Below are positions 37,211 through 46,613 of a DNA stretch of 58,383 nt, piece by piece (position 1 is the first letter of the stretch; each line of letters begins with the position of its first letter). A program made the position numbers and the translations under genes. The stretch spans positions 1 to 58,383 of IMG/VR virus record IMGVR_UViG_3300025018_000173; one strand, 5' to 3'. The notes under the pieces were generated by a model. The model saw only the letters and a program-made list of their open reading frames with translations, was not told where the DNA came from and did no database searches. This DNA is from a virus. Its lineage: Duplodnaviria > Caudoviricetes.

Positions 37211-37663
37211 ATGAGCAACCCTGAAGACCACGAGCGCGAACAAGCGGCGATCACCGCCGCCTGTGAGGCCGGAGAGTGTGACCACCCCGATTGCGAGACC
37301 TTCGAGCACGACCCGGAGACCTGCCCGACGATGCACTGGAACCGTGGCGACGACATTTGCGCCGATTGTGGCGCAGACCTCAACCCGCCCGCGACGACCC
37401 ACGCCACCCTGACAGTGATCGTGCAAGAGACGGACAGCCCGTGGCCACCCATTTACCCGGACCCGCTGGCCTACACGGTCACGGTCCCTGTGGACGCCAC
37501 GAAGCCCGGCATCAAGCGCGCCATCGCCAAGACCCGCGCGGCTGAACTCATGGACCGCGCACCGACCGACGCGGAACTGACGCAAACCGTGCAAGGGCTG
37601 CGCATCCTGTTCGTCTTCACCGGCGAACCCAAGCAACTGCACCGCTTTGACGAGCGCCTCTAA
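37211..37663 (+). CDS. Early hypothetical protein (Cys/His-rich N-terminus)
   Basis: 150 aa with the shared leader motif. Confidence 0.7.
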   Translation: MSNPEDHEREQAAITAACEAGECDHPDCETFEHDPETCPTMHWNRGDDICADCGADLNPPATTHATLTVIVQETDSPWPPIYPDPLAYTVTVPVDATKPGIKRAIAKTRAAELMDRAPTDAELTQTVQGLRILFVFTGEPKQLHRFDERL

Positions 37664-37681
37664 CCTGAAAGGACCACGACC

Positions 37682-38056
37682 ATGACCTTCACCCCGCCCC
37701 GCCTCACCATTGCGGACATGCGCGCCAATGCCGAGAAATTCGGCCCCGTCGCGACCTTCTCGAAATTCGCGAACAACAGCTACCGCGTCACCTACGAGGG
37801 CGAGCCGCGCACGGTTCGCTACTTCCACCAGACCACGCCCGTGGTCACGATCCGCGCCGGGCAGTTCATCGTGTCAACCGGCGGCTGGGAGACCAGCACC
37901 ACGACCGACCGCATCAACTACGCCCTGAACCCCTACGGCTACCGCGCCAACCGCCTCAAGGGCACCATCTGGCTGCGCGGCCCCGGTCTGGACGCCCCGA
38001 TCGAAGCCAATGGCGCAACGCTCACCGTGTCGAACGCAGCGGAGGCCGAGGCATGA
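37682..38056 (+). CDS. Early hypothetical protein
   Basis: STGGWETSTTTDRIN motif, shared leader. Confidence 0.75.
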   Translation: MTFTPPRLTIADMRANAEKFGPVATFSKFANNSYRVTYEGEPRTVRYFHQTTPVVTIRAGQFIVSTGGWETSTTTDRINYALNPYGYRANRLKGTIWLRGPGLDAPIEANGATLTVSNAAEAEA

Positions 38057-38268
38057 GTGGCGCAGACTTCGACGCAGCGCGCGAGAGGCGCTTTCTGGCT
38101 GCCGTCGAGGCGCGGCTGGAAGAGGCCGAGCGCCTGCACCTGTGGGCCAGCATGAACCTGAACCCGGAAGCCGTGGAGACCATCAAGCCCGGTCTGACGG
38201 CGCTTGTGCGCAAGCTGCGCGACCTGCGCCGCCATTGCCACAACAACCTGAGAGGAACCAAGGCATGA
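38053..38268 (+). CDS. Small hypothetical protein
   Basis: 71 aa, ATGA-coupled on both sides. Confidence 0.6.
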   Translation: MSGADFDAARERRFLAAVEARLEEAERLHLWASMNLNPEAVETIKPGLTALVRKLRDLRRHCHNNLRGTKA

Positions 38269-38447
38269 CCCGCCGCGCCCCCAAGCCCCCGCCGTTCAAC
38301 AAGGCCACCATGACCGCCAGCGACCTCATGGAAGCGGCGAGCGCCCTGCAAAGCATCCTGCAAGCCTATGACAGCTTGCACGACATACCCGAGGATTTTC
38401 TGGCCACCGTCGCGCAATACCGCGACGGCTGGAACCCCAACGCCTGA
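38265..38447 (+). CDS. Small hypothetical protein
   Basis: 60 aa with GAGG RBS and ATGA overlap. Confidence 0.55.
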   Translation: MTRRAPKPPPFNKATMTASDLMEAASALQSILQAYDSLHDIPEDFLATVAQYRDGWNPNA

Positions 38448-38465
38448 CCCGAGAGGACCACGACC

Positions 38466-39245
38466 ATGCGAACTGAACCCGTCGAGACCATCACGCACCG
38501 CGGCATCACCATCAAGGTCCTGCATGACGACTGCCCCATGAACCCCTTCGAGGATTGGGACTGCGAACCCCCGATCCGTGTCTACATGGGCCGCGATGGC
38601 TACGTTGACTATGGCGACACCGACCCGCGCCATTACCTGCGGGAGAACCCCGATCTGGCCATGACCAAGCTGCACGCTATCGCCAAGGCGCTGGACGTTG
38701 ATGTCCCCACCCTGATGTCCGGCCTGAACGACCTCACCATCGACCCGGCGTACTGCGCCGCCCTGCCGTCGAGCGCATGGGCGGACGTGATCTGCGAGTG
38801 GGTCGCCGACAACGTGGACAGGGACGAACTGGAATGGCGCGCAGCCCTGTGGTGCGCGCTTGGCGTGCCCGCTGCGGTCTACGAGCGCCGTGGCTACTGC
38901 CAAGGCGACTACGCCAAGGTGCTGGTGGTCCTCACACCCGCATGGACGCAACTGGTGGGCGCACCGCGCCATGAGCCGGACAGCGCAGCGTCGATCAAGG
39001 CCATGGGGCACACGGCGGACCTCTACCGCGACTGGGCTTTCAGGGACGTCTACGGCTACGTCGTGACCGACCCGGACACCGGCGACACCGTCGATAGCTG
39101 CTGGGGCTTCTACGGGTCCTACGGCACGAAAGGCTGGGACTGCATGCTGGACGAAGCCCGCAGCGCGGCAAGCGACGCAGCGGACGCCTGCGCCGCGCGC
39201 ATCGCGGCAGAGATGGAAGCCGAGCGCCCGGACCTCTACGCATGA
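38466..39245 (+). CDS. Early hypothetical protein (acidic)
   Basis: RGYCQGDY and DVYGYVV...DSCWGFYG motifs, shared leader. Confidence 0.8.
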   Translation: MRTEPVETITHRGITIKVLHDDCPMNPFEDWDCEPPIRVYMGRDGYVDYGDTDPRHYLRENPDLAMTKLHAIAKALDVDVPTLMSGLNDLTIDPAYCAALPSSAWADVICEWVADNVDRDELEWRAALWCALGVPAAVYERRGYCQGDYAKVLVVLTPAWTQLVGAPRHEPDSAASIKAMGHTADLYRDWAFRDVYGYVVTDPDTGDTVDSCWGFYGSYGTKGWDCMLDEARSAASDAADACAARIAAEMEAERPDLYA

Positions 39246-39451
39246 CCCGGCGGTCCTACCGCGCGCATGCGGTCTTCGCCACCCCGAACGGCGGTTCGGG
39301 GTGCGCATCCTTCACCGTGCAGGCCGAGACGATGGACGAGGCGCTGGATATTGCGGGCGCGCGCATCCGCCGCCGCGCAACATACGCCGGAAAGCTGGAT
39401 TTGAGCGTTACTGAACAAGTATCACCAACGCTTGACAAAGGTAATACCTGA
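39242..39451 (+). CDS. Small hypothetical protein
   Basis: 69 aa, ATGA overlap. Confidence 0.55.
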   Translation: MTRRSYRAHAVFATPNGGSGCASFTVQAETMDEALDIAGARIRRRATYAGKLDLSVTEQVSPTLDKGNT

Positions 39452-39460
39452 CCATATACC
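39432..39460 (+). promoter_or_regulatory. Sigma70-like promoter with a palindromic operator in the spacer
   Basis: TTGACA-N17-TATACC, with AGGTAATACCT at 39439-39449. Confidence 0.65.
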
Positions 39461-39502
39461 TGTTTCACGCCCTTATCGGCGCGGACAACGAGAGCGAGAA
39501 CC

Positions 39503-39892
39503 ATGACCATGAAGCACATCCCCGAGAATACCCTGCTGGCCGACCGGCTGGTGGAAGCTGGCGCGGCCAAGAAGCCGAAGACGCGCAACCGCGCGGGCGG
39601 CGACATTACCGCCCTGCGCAAGCTGGTGGACGCCTGCGGCGGCGACCTCACGAAAGCGGCTGGCCTCATCGGCTTCACCGCGAGCGGCTTGCACACCGTC
39701 ATGCAGCGCGAGCGCGCATCGAAGACGGCAGAAGTGGCCGCACGCGGCGCGCTGGCGGAAATGGGCAAGGGCACAGAGCCCCGCGATCAACTGCTGATGA
39801 TCCGCGTGCCGGAAAGCAAGGCGGAGAACGTGCGCACCGTTCTGGGCGCGCTGAGCGTGCGCATCTTCGACGTGGGGAGGGCCATCGAATGA
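39503..39892 (+). CDS. Putative HTH DNA-binding protein
   Basis: LRKLVDACGGDLTKAAGLIGFTASGLHTV is a Cro-like helix-turn-helix. Confidence 0.55.
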   Translation: MTMKHIPENTLLADRLVEAGAAKKPKTRNRAGGDITALRKLVDACGGDLTKAAGLIGFTASGLHTVMQRERASKTAEVAARGALAEMGKGTEPRDQLLMIRVPESKAENVRTVLGALSVRIFDVGRAIE

Positions 39893-40677
39893 ACGTATAC
39901 ATGATCGTGCGCGTCGTGGACGGCGACATCGACGTCGAGCACTATTGGACGGAAGAGGCGCGGGAGAAGGCGCTGGTGGACACGCTGCTGCCGGTATGGA
40001 AACGCATGGTGGGCACGCTGGACGTCCCGTTTCCCGCGACCGCCACGGAGGCGCTGGAAGCCCTGTGCGCGGAGGGCGAACTGGACTTCGACATCGCCCT
40101 TCGGGAAATCGACATGGCGCAGATCGACGATGCCGAGCAACCTGCACCGCACCTGCGCACGTTCCGCGTCCGCACCACCCGCGACGTGACAGAGAGCGTG
40201 TTTCTGGACGTTGTGGCGGTGAACGGGGACGCGGCGCAGGACGCGGCGTGGGACAGGCTGCGCGCGAGCGACGACATGACAAACGCACCCAAGAAGAACG
40301 AACTCTACAAGTGGACTGCCAAGGCCGGCGAAGAGCCCGTGTTCGGCACCTTCCTGACCGAAGACAGCGACGGACACTGGGTCATGCAGATGGCAGACGG
40401 CGACAAGAACCTTGTCCGCGTCGAGCCCGGTCTGCCCGAGCGCGTCCTGCCCTACACCGTCAAGGTGCACCCCGTGGGCGGCGGGCGCAGCGGCTTCGAC
40501 CTCAAGGCCAAGAAGGGCAGCGTGCAGCTTGACGACCTCATCATGCTCTGGTCCGGCATGCTGGTCCGCGTGGCCAAGCTGGACAGCAAGTCGGACAAGC
40601 CCGACCTCGAAACCCTGCGCGGGCACATCCTGTCCACCCGGCCCATCGGCAACGAAGACGACACCGTCGTCGAGTAA
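39889..40677 (+). CDS. Hypothetical protein
   Basis: 262 aa, ATGA-coupled, phage-like codon usage. Confidence 0.7.
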   Translation: MNVYMIVRVVDGDIDVEHYWTEEAREKALVDTLLPVWKRMVGTLDVPFPATATEALEALCAEGELDFDIALREIDMAQIDDAEQPAPHLRTFRVRTTRDVTESVFLDVVAVNGDAAQDAAWDRLRASDDMTNAPKKNELYKWTAKAGEEPVFGTFLTEDSDGHWVMQMADGDKNLVRVEPGLPERVLPYTVKVHPVGGGRSGFDLKAKKGSVQLDDLIMLWSGMLVRVAKLDSKSDKPDLETLRGHILSTRPIGNEDDTVVE

Positions 40678-40695
40678 ATCCGGGGCTCAAAGAAG

Positions 40696-41526
40696 GTGAC
40701 AAATCTACCCTATAGCTGGACAAGTATGAGCGCGGTTCCGAACCCGGACGGCTTCCCCGCGTGGATGCAACCCGGTGTGCTGGTCCTGAGAAAGACCGGC
40801 TGGGCTGCCTATAAAATCGTGAGGCTGCGCGTTCTGCGCGGCCTCACCCGCACCGTGCCCGTGATCGAGTTGGCGCACAGCCCGCACAGCGAAGCGCAGG
40901 GCGCGCTGAACTACTGCTTGCGCCCGTGGGCGCTGGTGCCGTTCAGCTTCACACACGTGCCGGAGGCAACAAGACGCACCAAAAGTCTACCCTCGGAGCA
41001 GACGCTGCCGGTCAAAGATAAATGGCCGACAGCGAAGCTGGACCCCGATACGGGGCTTCACGTCGTACCGGGGCTGCATGGCGTCGTCACGGCAGAGCCA
41101 CCCGACTGGTGGGCGCCGCTGAACCCGGAGACCGTGCTGGACGCCGCCGAGCGCGACTACCAGACGCGGCACAAGAACGTGTATTGGAACGAAGGCCGCG
41201 CTCGCTGGCAGGTGCAGGTTACGATGGGCGGCGGGATGGTGAACGGAGGCTGCTTCGACAGCATAGAGCAGGCCGTGGAGACCCGCGACGCCCTGCGTAA
41301 AGAGCACGGGCTCAAGCCGATCACCAACCCGCGCCCCAAGCTGCCTCATCGCGGGCCGGGGACCAGCGGCGTGCGCGCGGTGTATCCGCAGAACGGAAAG
41401 TGGATCGTGCGCATCAAGATCGACGGTAAACTGCGGCAGGTCGGCTACTTCGCCACAGTCGAGGCAGCCATCGCGGCGCGAGACCGGGCCGAGGCCGAGC
41501 GGGACGGGCTGCTACCGGACTGGTGA
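40696..41526 (+). CDS. Tandem AP2-domain DNA-binding protein
   Basis: KNVYWNEGRARWQVQV...GCFDSIEQAVETRD and SGVRAVY...KWIVRIKIDGK...VGYFATVEAAIAARD. Ends in PDW. Confidence 0.8.
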   Translation: MTNLPYSWTSMSAVPNPDGFPAWMQPGVLVLRKTGWAAYKIVRLRVLRGLTRTVPVIELAHSPHSEAQGALNYCLRPWALVPFSFTHVPEATRRTKSLPSEQTLPVKDKWPTAKLDPDTGLHVVPGLHGVVTAEPPDWWAPLNPETVLDAAERDYQTRHKNVYWNEGRARWQVQVTMGGGMVNGGCFDSIEQAVETRDALRKEHGLKPITNPRPKLPHRGPGTSGVRAVYPQNGKWIVRIKIDGKLRQVGYFATVEAAIAARDRAEAERDGLLPDW

Positions 41527-41555
41527 AAAGTGCTGCACGTCTCACTGCACATCTG
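41526..41555. repeat. Right arm of the 30-bp inverted repeat, opening an A-rich non-coding region (to about 41840)
   Basis: AAAAGTGCTGCACGTCTCACTGCACATCTG, followed by a further GCACATCT and an imperfect direct repeat ending AACGATAAA. Confidence 0.9.
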
Positions 41556-41849
41556 GTGCACATCTGGGAACCCTGTTGAGCAGCGAAACTGCTATCCCGC
41601 TCAAGTTACTGAAAAACAACGATAAAGCAGAGTGCACAACAGTGAACTTCTCCAACCACCGTAAAACAGCCCCAAGTCACCGGAAAATAACGATAAAACG
41701 ACCACAAAAAGTAAGACAAAACTAAGGCTCATGCCCCATATGCTTGAAGTTCCCCCTGCAAACTACCCTGTTGGTAGGGGGGACTTCGAGCAGGGCTGAG
41801 CCAGCCAGAAACCAGAGTTGTGAAGCCAGAACCAAGGAGCGAACCCCCG

Positions 41850-42236
41850 ATGAACGAACGTATTACATCACAGCAGGTCATTCTGCACACGCGGTACGGC
41901 TGGTCTTACGCCACCGATGCCGATAAGACCCGCCTGCTGCCGCCGCCCGGAAAGCTGACCCCTGCGCAGCGGATGCTGAACGACGCTGCCGCAGCAGGGC
42001 TGACCATCGAAGTCGTCTTCGAGGGCGAGACCGACTACACCGGGACCAACCCGGTCGAGGCGTGGGAAGCGATACTGGACTGCACCGAGCCCGCCGAGGT
42101 CCTGCTGACCGGGCCGGACATCAAGCGCGCGTGGGCGCTGGTGATCCACGAGAACGAAGAGGACGACCTCGTGGACTACCACATCGCCAGTTGGATCGAG
42201 GACTGGTGGAAGACCGTGGAGGGAGAGTACCAATGA
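41850..42236 (+). CDS. Hypothetical protein
   Basis: AAGGAG RBS, ATG 41850, 128 aa. Confidence 0.7.
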   Translation: MNERITSQQVILHTRYGWSYATDADKTRLLPPPGKLTPAQRMLNDAAAAGLTIEVVFEGETDYTGTNPVEAWEAILDCTEPAEVLLTGPDIKRAWALVIHENEEDDLVDYHIASWIEDWWKTVEGEYQ

Positions 42237-42508
42237 CCGTCACCCGCAAGGCGATCCGCAAGCGCCGCGAAGACGACCCGAGCGTCCGCACGATCACGGT
42301 GAAGCTGCCCGCGTCCCTTGCGCGGCGGCTGGACTGGCACCGCGAGCACAACGCAGACAGCATCACCGACGTCGTGGTCGCGGCGATGGACAAATGGCTG
42401 CCGGATTGTGGCGAGGGGCGCGTCGAGCCGCGTGAAGTTGTCGTGGTGGAGCGCAAGTCGCGAGCCAACGGGTCTGCGCCTGCCGCCGTGGAGATACCGG
42501 ATTGGTAG
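42233..42508 (+). CDS. Ribbon-helix-helix-like DNA-binding protein
   Basis: RTITVKLPASLARRLD...SITDVVVAAMDKWL. Ends in EIPDW. Confidence 0.65.
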   Translation: MTVTRKAIRKRREDDPSVRTITVKLPASLARRLDWHREHNADSITDVVVAAMDKWLPDCGEGRVEPREVVVVERKSRANGSAPAAVEIPDW

Positions 42509-42539
42509 CTTGACGCGGACAGCCGGGTCGTGGAAAAGT

Positions 42540-42580
42540 GAAGGCCGGACGCGAGCGAAACGTCCGGCCTTCGGTTCTTT
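42540..42580 (+). terminator. Terminator-like hairpin upstream of the primase gene
   Basis: 12-bp stem GAAGGCCGGACG/CGTCCGGCCTTC followed by GGTTCTTT, enclosed by a further GGTCGTGG/CCACGACC pairing. Confidence 0.5.
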
Positions 42581-42675
42581 GGATCCCACGACCAAGTCAG
42601 ATCCCAGATGTGGTAGCAATATGGCACGCAGATACAACGGCCGCAACCCCCAAAAACCGGCGCGGGGCTGGTCCC

Positions 42676-44856
42676 GTGGTTGAGTTTCGAGACCCCCACC
42701 AAGACCTGCCGGACTTTCGCAGGTGCAACGACATCGAGCCGCTCGAAGCGGCGCTGATCTACGCCCGGTCCGGCTTCTTCGTGGTCCTGATCGAAGAGTT
42801 GGGCAAGGCACCCCACCCCCTCATAAAACGCGGCTGGACCTCCAACAGCACCCGCGATCCCGCCGTCATCACGGACTGGTATCGGAAATACCCGAACGCC
42901 AACGTCGGCATCTCCGCCAGCCCCGAGTTCGTGATCCTCGACCTCGACGTGAAGGACGCGGACGCCAACGGACTGACCGCCTTCGCAGGACTGCATGAGC
43001 ACGTCCTCGGACCCACGGCGATCACGCCATCGGGCGGCGTGCACCGCATCTTCCGCCGCCCCGAGGCCGACGACCGCGTGAACCGCAACCTGTCGCCCCG
43101 CAACGGCGGCTTCGACTTCATGCAGGACAGACGGCGGCAGATCCTCGTGGCCCCATCTGTGGTCACGGACAGCGCCGGCGAGACGCGAAAGTACCGCTGG
43201 ACGCAGGGCGGGCAGCCCGCCCCGATGCCGAAGGCTGCGATCAACCGCATGTACGAACTGTCGGGACGCATTTCGGACACCGAGAACGACCCGCAGTACG
43301 CCCCGGAGACGCCGGAACTCGGCGAGCCGATCGAGCACCACATCGAACTCGACACGGACGACCGATCGCACGGTGCGTTCGCCCTCGCCCGCAACCTGTA
43401 TCAGCACCACGGGCACCGCAGCGACGCCGACATCCTCGCGACCGTGTGGGCCGTGGACGCCTTTCAGGAGGCCGCACGGGACCGCAGGGACACCACGGAG
43501 AGCGCGATCCACTGGCTGTGGAAGTACGCGGTCTGGCCCGCCGCCAAGAGCCGCTTCGTGCCGCCCACGTGGGACGGCTACGACCCCCGGTCCCCGGTCA
43601 CGAAGGCCATGCAGGAGGGACGCGATCTCGCCCCGTGGGAGGTCCCGCCAGAGGGCGACGTGTCGTCCGTCTTCGACAAGATACGGCCGCTGCACGAACT
43701 GGTCGCGGCCTACAACGAGCCGCCCGAGTTCGTGGTGCCCTACTACTTGCCGAAGGGCGTGCTGACGACGCTGTTCGGCAAGGACGGGACGGGCAAAACC
43801 ATGTTCATGCAGCGGGTGTGCACGCTGCTTGCCGCCGGGCGTCCGATCTTGGGGCGCCCCGGCGGACGCCGGTGCAAATGCCTCATGGTGCTGACCGAGG
43901 ACACCATGCCGGCGATCATAGACCGACAGAAGCGCATCCGGTCGGAGAGCGGCATCGACTTCCACGACGTGCGGGACACGCTGTTCATCCCCGAGAACCT
44001 CATGATGGCCGACGTGAAGATGGTCACGTTCGACCGGGAACTGCGCGCGGCCAACTCGCCCTTCTTCAAGGCCCTCATCGAGTACGTCGAGCGCGCCGAG
44101 CCTGAACTGGTGGTGCTCGACCCCATATCGGACATCTACGCCGACGAAGAGAACCGGCGCGAGAAGGTCAGCCAGTTCCTGCGCGCCATGAACGCGCTGG
44201 CCGTCGAGTTCAACATCGCAGTGGTGCTGCTGGGCCACCCGGCCAAGGCAGCCGACAGCGAATACTCCGGGTCTGGCGCGTGGTCCTCGAAGTCGCGGTC
44301 TCGCCTGTTCATGGAGGCCGCGTCGGACGTGCCGAACTCACCGGTCACGCTCATGCACCGCAAGGCCAGCTATGGAAAGCGGGCGGAAGACCTCACGCTG
44401 GTCTGGCAGGAGGGCGTGCTGAAAGACCTGACGCCCGTCGAAAAGGAAGAGTACGAGGAAGAGATGAAGACCCAGCTTATCGAGATGATCGTCGATTTCG
44501 TGAAGCGCGGGATCGAGAACGGCGAAGTGTTCACGGACACCCCGCAGAGTGGCGATCGGTTCCTGCCGCGCGCCATGGAACTGCGGGACATGGCCGGATT
44601 GTACGACGCCGAGACGATCCGCAAGCACTTGTCGGTCTGCTTCCAAGCCGGTCTGCTGATCCCGCAGGTGGTCTTCGATGGAAAGCAGGGCCGACCTGAG
44701 TTCAAGGACCGGGCTAGACGCCCCCGCGCAGGGATATATTACCCGACACCTGCCCGATCATCGCCGCCGACCGTACCGAAAGACCCCCGAACCCCCAACG
44801 AGTACGGCATCACCGAAGAGGAAAGCAAAACATGGCCGACGACACCGGACTGGTAG
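42676..44856 (+). CDS. Bifunctional primase-polymerase fused to an AAA_25/RepA-like helicase
   Basis: PNANVGI...LDLDVK...TPSGGVHRIF...LVAPS (Prim-Pol); GKDGTGKT, VVLDP and LLGHPAK...SGSGAW (helicase). Start uncertain, ORF open from 42538. Ends in PDW. Confidence 0.9.
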   Translation: MVEFRDPHQDLPDFRRCNDIEPLEAALIYARSGFFVVLIEELGKAPHPLIKRGWTSNSTRDPAVITDWYRKYPNANVGISASPEFVILDLDVKDADANGLTAFAGLHEHVLGPTAITPSGGVHRIFRRPEADDRVNRNLSPRNGGFDFMQDRRRQILVAPSVVTDSAGETRKYRWTQGGQPAPMPKAAINRMYELSGRISDTENDPQYAPETPELGEPIEHHIELDTDDRSHGAFALARNLYQHHGHRSDADILATVWAVDAFQEAARDRRDTTESAIHWLWKYAVWPAAKSRFVPPTWDGYDPRSPVTKAMQEGRDLAPWEVPPEGDVSSVFDKIRPLHELVAAYNEPPEFVVPYYLPKGVLTTLFGKDGTGKTMFMQRVCTLLAAGRPILGRPGGRRCKCLMVLTEDTMPAIIDRQKRIRSESGIDFHDVRDTLFIPENLMMADVKMVTFDRELRAANSPFFKALIEYVERAEPELVVLDPISDIYADEENRREKVSQFLRAMNALAVEFNIAVVLLGHPAKAADSEYSGSGAWSSKSRSRLFMEAASDVPNSPVTLMHRKASYGKRAEDLTLVWQEGVLKDLTPVEKEEYEEEMKTQLIEMIVDFVKRGIENGEVFTDTPQSGDRFLPRAMELRDMAGLYDAETIRKHLSVCFQAGLLIPQVVFDGKQGRPEFKDRARRPRAGIYYPTPARSSPPTVPKDPRTPNEYGITEEESKTWPTTPDW

Positions 44857-45407
44857 CCCCGCATCTCGTCAGCATCGACCCCGGACTGCGTGGTGCCGTG
44901 GCGATCTTCGACGCCGACGGAAACCCCCTCGAACTGCACGACATGCCGGTCCTGAAGAGCGGCGCGACAGGCAAGGACGAGATCGACGTGAACGGACTGG
45001 TAGCCATCCTGCCGCCCGGCGTGCAGGTCGTGCTGGAAGCGCAGCAGGCCATGCCGAAACAGGGCGTGGCGTCCACGTTCAAGACCGGGCTGGGCTTTGG
45101 CAAGCTGCTGGGCATGCTGGACGCGCTGGCGTTCCCCTACAAGGTCGTGCAGCCGCGGGCGTGGGCGAAGGCCGTGGGCAAGCCTGCCCGGAGCGACAAG
45201 GAATGGAACATCGGCGAGGCCCGGCGGCGCTGGCCTGCGTTCGCACCGCAACTGCTGAAATCCAAGGACGGACGGGCGGATGTGCTGCTGATCGGCGCGG
45301 CCGAGTTTGCGCAGCCCGCCCCGGCACCCAAGCCGCGCGCCAAGCCGGCGAAAAAACCAGCGCCCGCCCCGAAAAAAGATGTTGCACCGGAAATACCTGA
45401 CTGGTAA
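44832..45407 (+). CDS. RuvC-like Holliday junction resolvase
   Basis: SIDPGLRGAVA, VVLE...MPKQGVASTFKTG, KDGRADVLLI. Ends in EIPDW. Confidence 0.85.
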   Translation: MADDTGLVAPHLVSIDPGLRGAVAIFDADGNPLELHDMPVLKSGATGKDEIDVNGLVAILPPGVQVVLEAQQAMPKQGVASTFKTGLGFGKLLGMLDALAFPYKVVQPRAWAKAVGKPARSDKEWNIGEARRRWPAFAPQLLKSKDGRADVLLIGAAEFAQPAPAPKPRAKPAKKPAPAPKKDVAPEIPDW

Positions 45408-45448
45408 TACATGGGGGCAGAGCGAAGATTTAAGATGAAAGATCTCAG

Positions 45449-45874
45449 ATGTCAGACCCCCGCCTACACGGCTTCGAGTGCATCCCCGAGATGCTCCGCA
45501 AGTTCGGAGAACACGTCGAGTGGCCGCGTTTCACGTTTGAACTGGACCCGGCGCACACCCTGATAATGAAGCTGCTGCGCAAGGGGAAGCACCCCGGCGC
45601 CGCCTCCCTCGAGATTAAAGAGGGCGGGCTGTGGCTGGGCTATGTGACGGTCGCTGGCGAGTTCCAGCCGACGCACAACGCGAGCCGCATGCCGCGCCCG
45701 GTCAAGCTGCTGCTGTGGAACCTGCTTCAAGCGATCCGTCTCGATCCCGAGACCGCGTTCGCTGCGCACGGCATCCGCACCGGGACGTGCTGCGCCTGCG
45801 GGCGCACCCTCACGAACGCCGAGAGCGTCGAACTCGGCATCGGACCGATCTGCCGTGAAAGGATCTTCTCATGA
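45449..45874 (+). CDS. DUF6011-like zinc-finger protein
   Basis: CCACGRTLTNAESVELGIGPIC. Confidence 0.8.
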   Translation: MSDPRLHGFECIPEMLRKFGEHVEWPRFTFELDPAHTLIMKLLRKGKHPGAASLEIKEGGLWLGYVTVAGEFQPTHNASRMPRPVKLLLWNLLQAIRLDPETAFAAHGIRTGTCCACGRTLTNAESVELGIGPICRERIFS

Positions 45875-46206
45875 CCAGTCTGGGTGACATCTCAATCTCC
45901 GACCTCGAGTTGTCGGTGCGCGCCGTCAATGCCCTGCGCAACATCGGCGTGACCCCCGTCGAGCAGTTCATGAAGCTGGACCGGGGGACCGTGCTGCGGA
46001 CGCGCAGCGCAGGCGCGAAGACGTGGCGCGAGATCAGGGACATGCAGCCCAGTCTGCGCGACCACGGCGCGCTCGCCGACGCGGAGGTCGCCGTGTTCCG
46101 GGCAGCCGCCGCTCTTAATTGCGCGCTGGCCGACGCACCCGCCGGTCTCAAGGCCGGCGTCACGCGCGACGGGAACGTCGCCATCTACCGGAGGGTCTTC
46201 CCATGA
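45871..46206 (+). CDS. RNA polymerase alpha-CTD-like protein
   Basis: ISDLELSVRAVNALRNIGV...LRTRSAGAKTWREI aligns with alpha-CTD DDLELTVRSANCLK...LLKTPNLGKKSLTEI. Confidence 0.8.
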   Translation: MTSLGDISISDLELSVRAVNALRNIGVTPVEQFMKLDRGTVLRTRSAGAKTWREIRDMQPSLRDHGALADAEVAVFRAAAALNCALADAPAGLKAGVTRDGNVAIYRRVFP

Positions 46207-46613
46207 ACGCCGCGCAAATGATTTACGTCCATAACTGCCCCGGCGACTGGTACGCCGATCAACTGATCCGCCACGCCACCCCCGAAGAGCGCGCGCTGCT
46301 CGCGCCTGCGGTGCTCGAAGGCAACAGGGAACTGGCGGCGGAGGTCGATGAACTGACCGATCTGCTCGAGAAGGCTCAAGATGAAGCCCACGACAAGCGC
46401 GCCGCCGAAGAGGACGCCGAGACTGCGGCGGTCGAGCGCGACGAGGCTGACAGGCGGTTTTATAGCCTGCGCATCGACGTCCAAGAGGTCTTCGGCAAGA
46501 TCGAGAAGCTGGCTGCCGAGATTGATTGCAAAGAACTGACGGACCTCAAGGCCATCGTGGCGAGGCTGGACAAGCTGGCCGAGGACCTCGCCGACGCGGA
46601 GCGCAACGCATGA
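46203..46613 (+). CDS. Coiled-coil hypothetical protein
   Basis: 136 aa, ATGA overlap on both sides. Confidence 0.65.
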   Translation: MNAAQMIYVHNCPGDWYADQLIRHATPEERALLAPAVLEGNRELAAEVDELTDLLEKAQDEAHDKRAAEEDAETAAVERDEADRRFYSLRIDVQEVFGKIEKLAAEIDCKELTDLKAIVARLDKLAEDLADAERNA

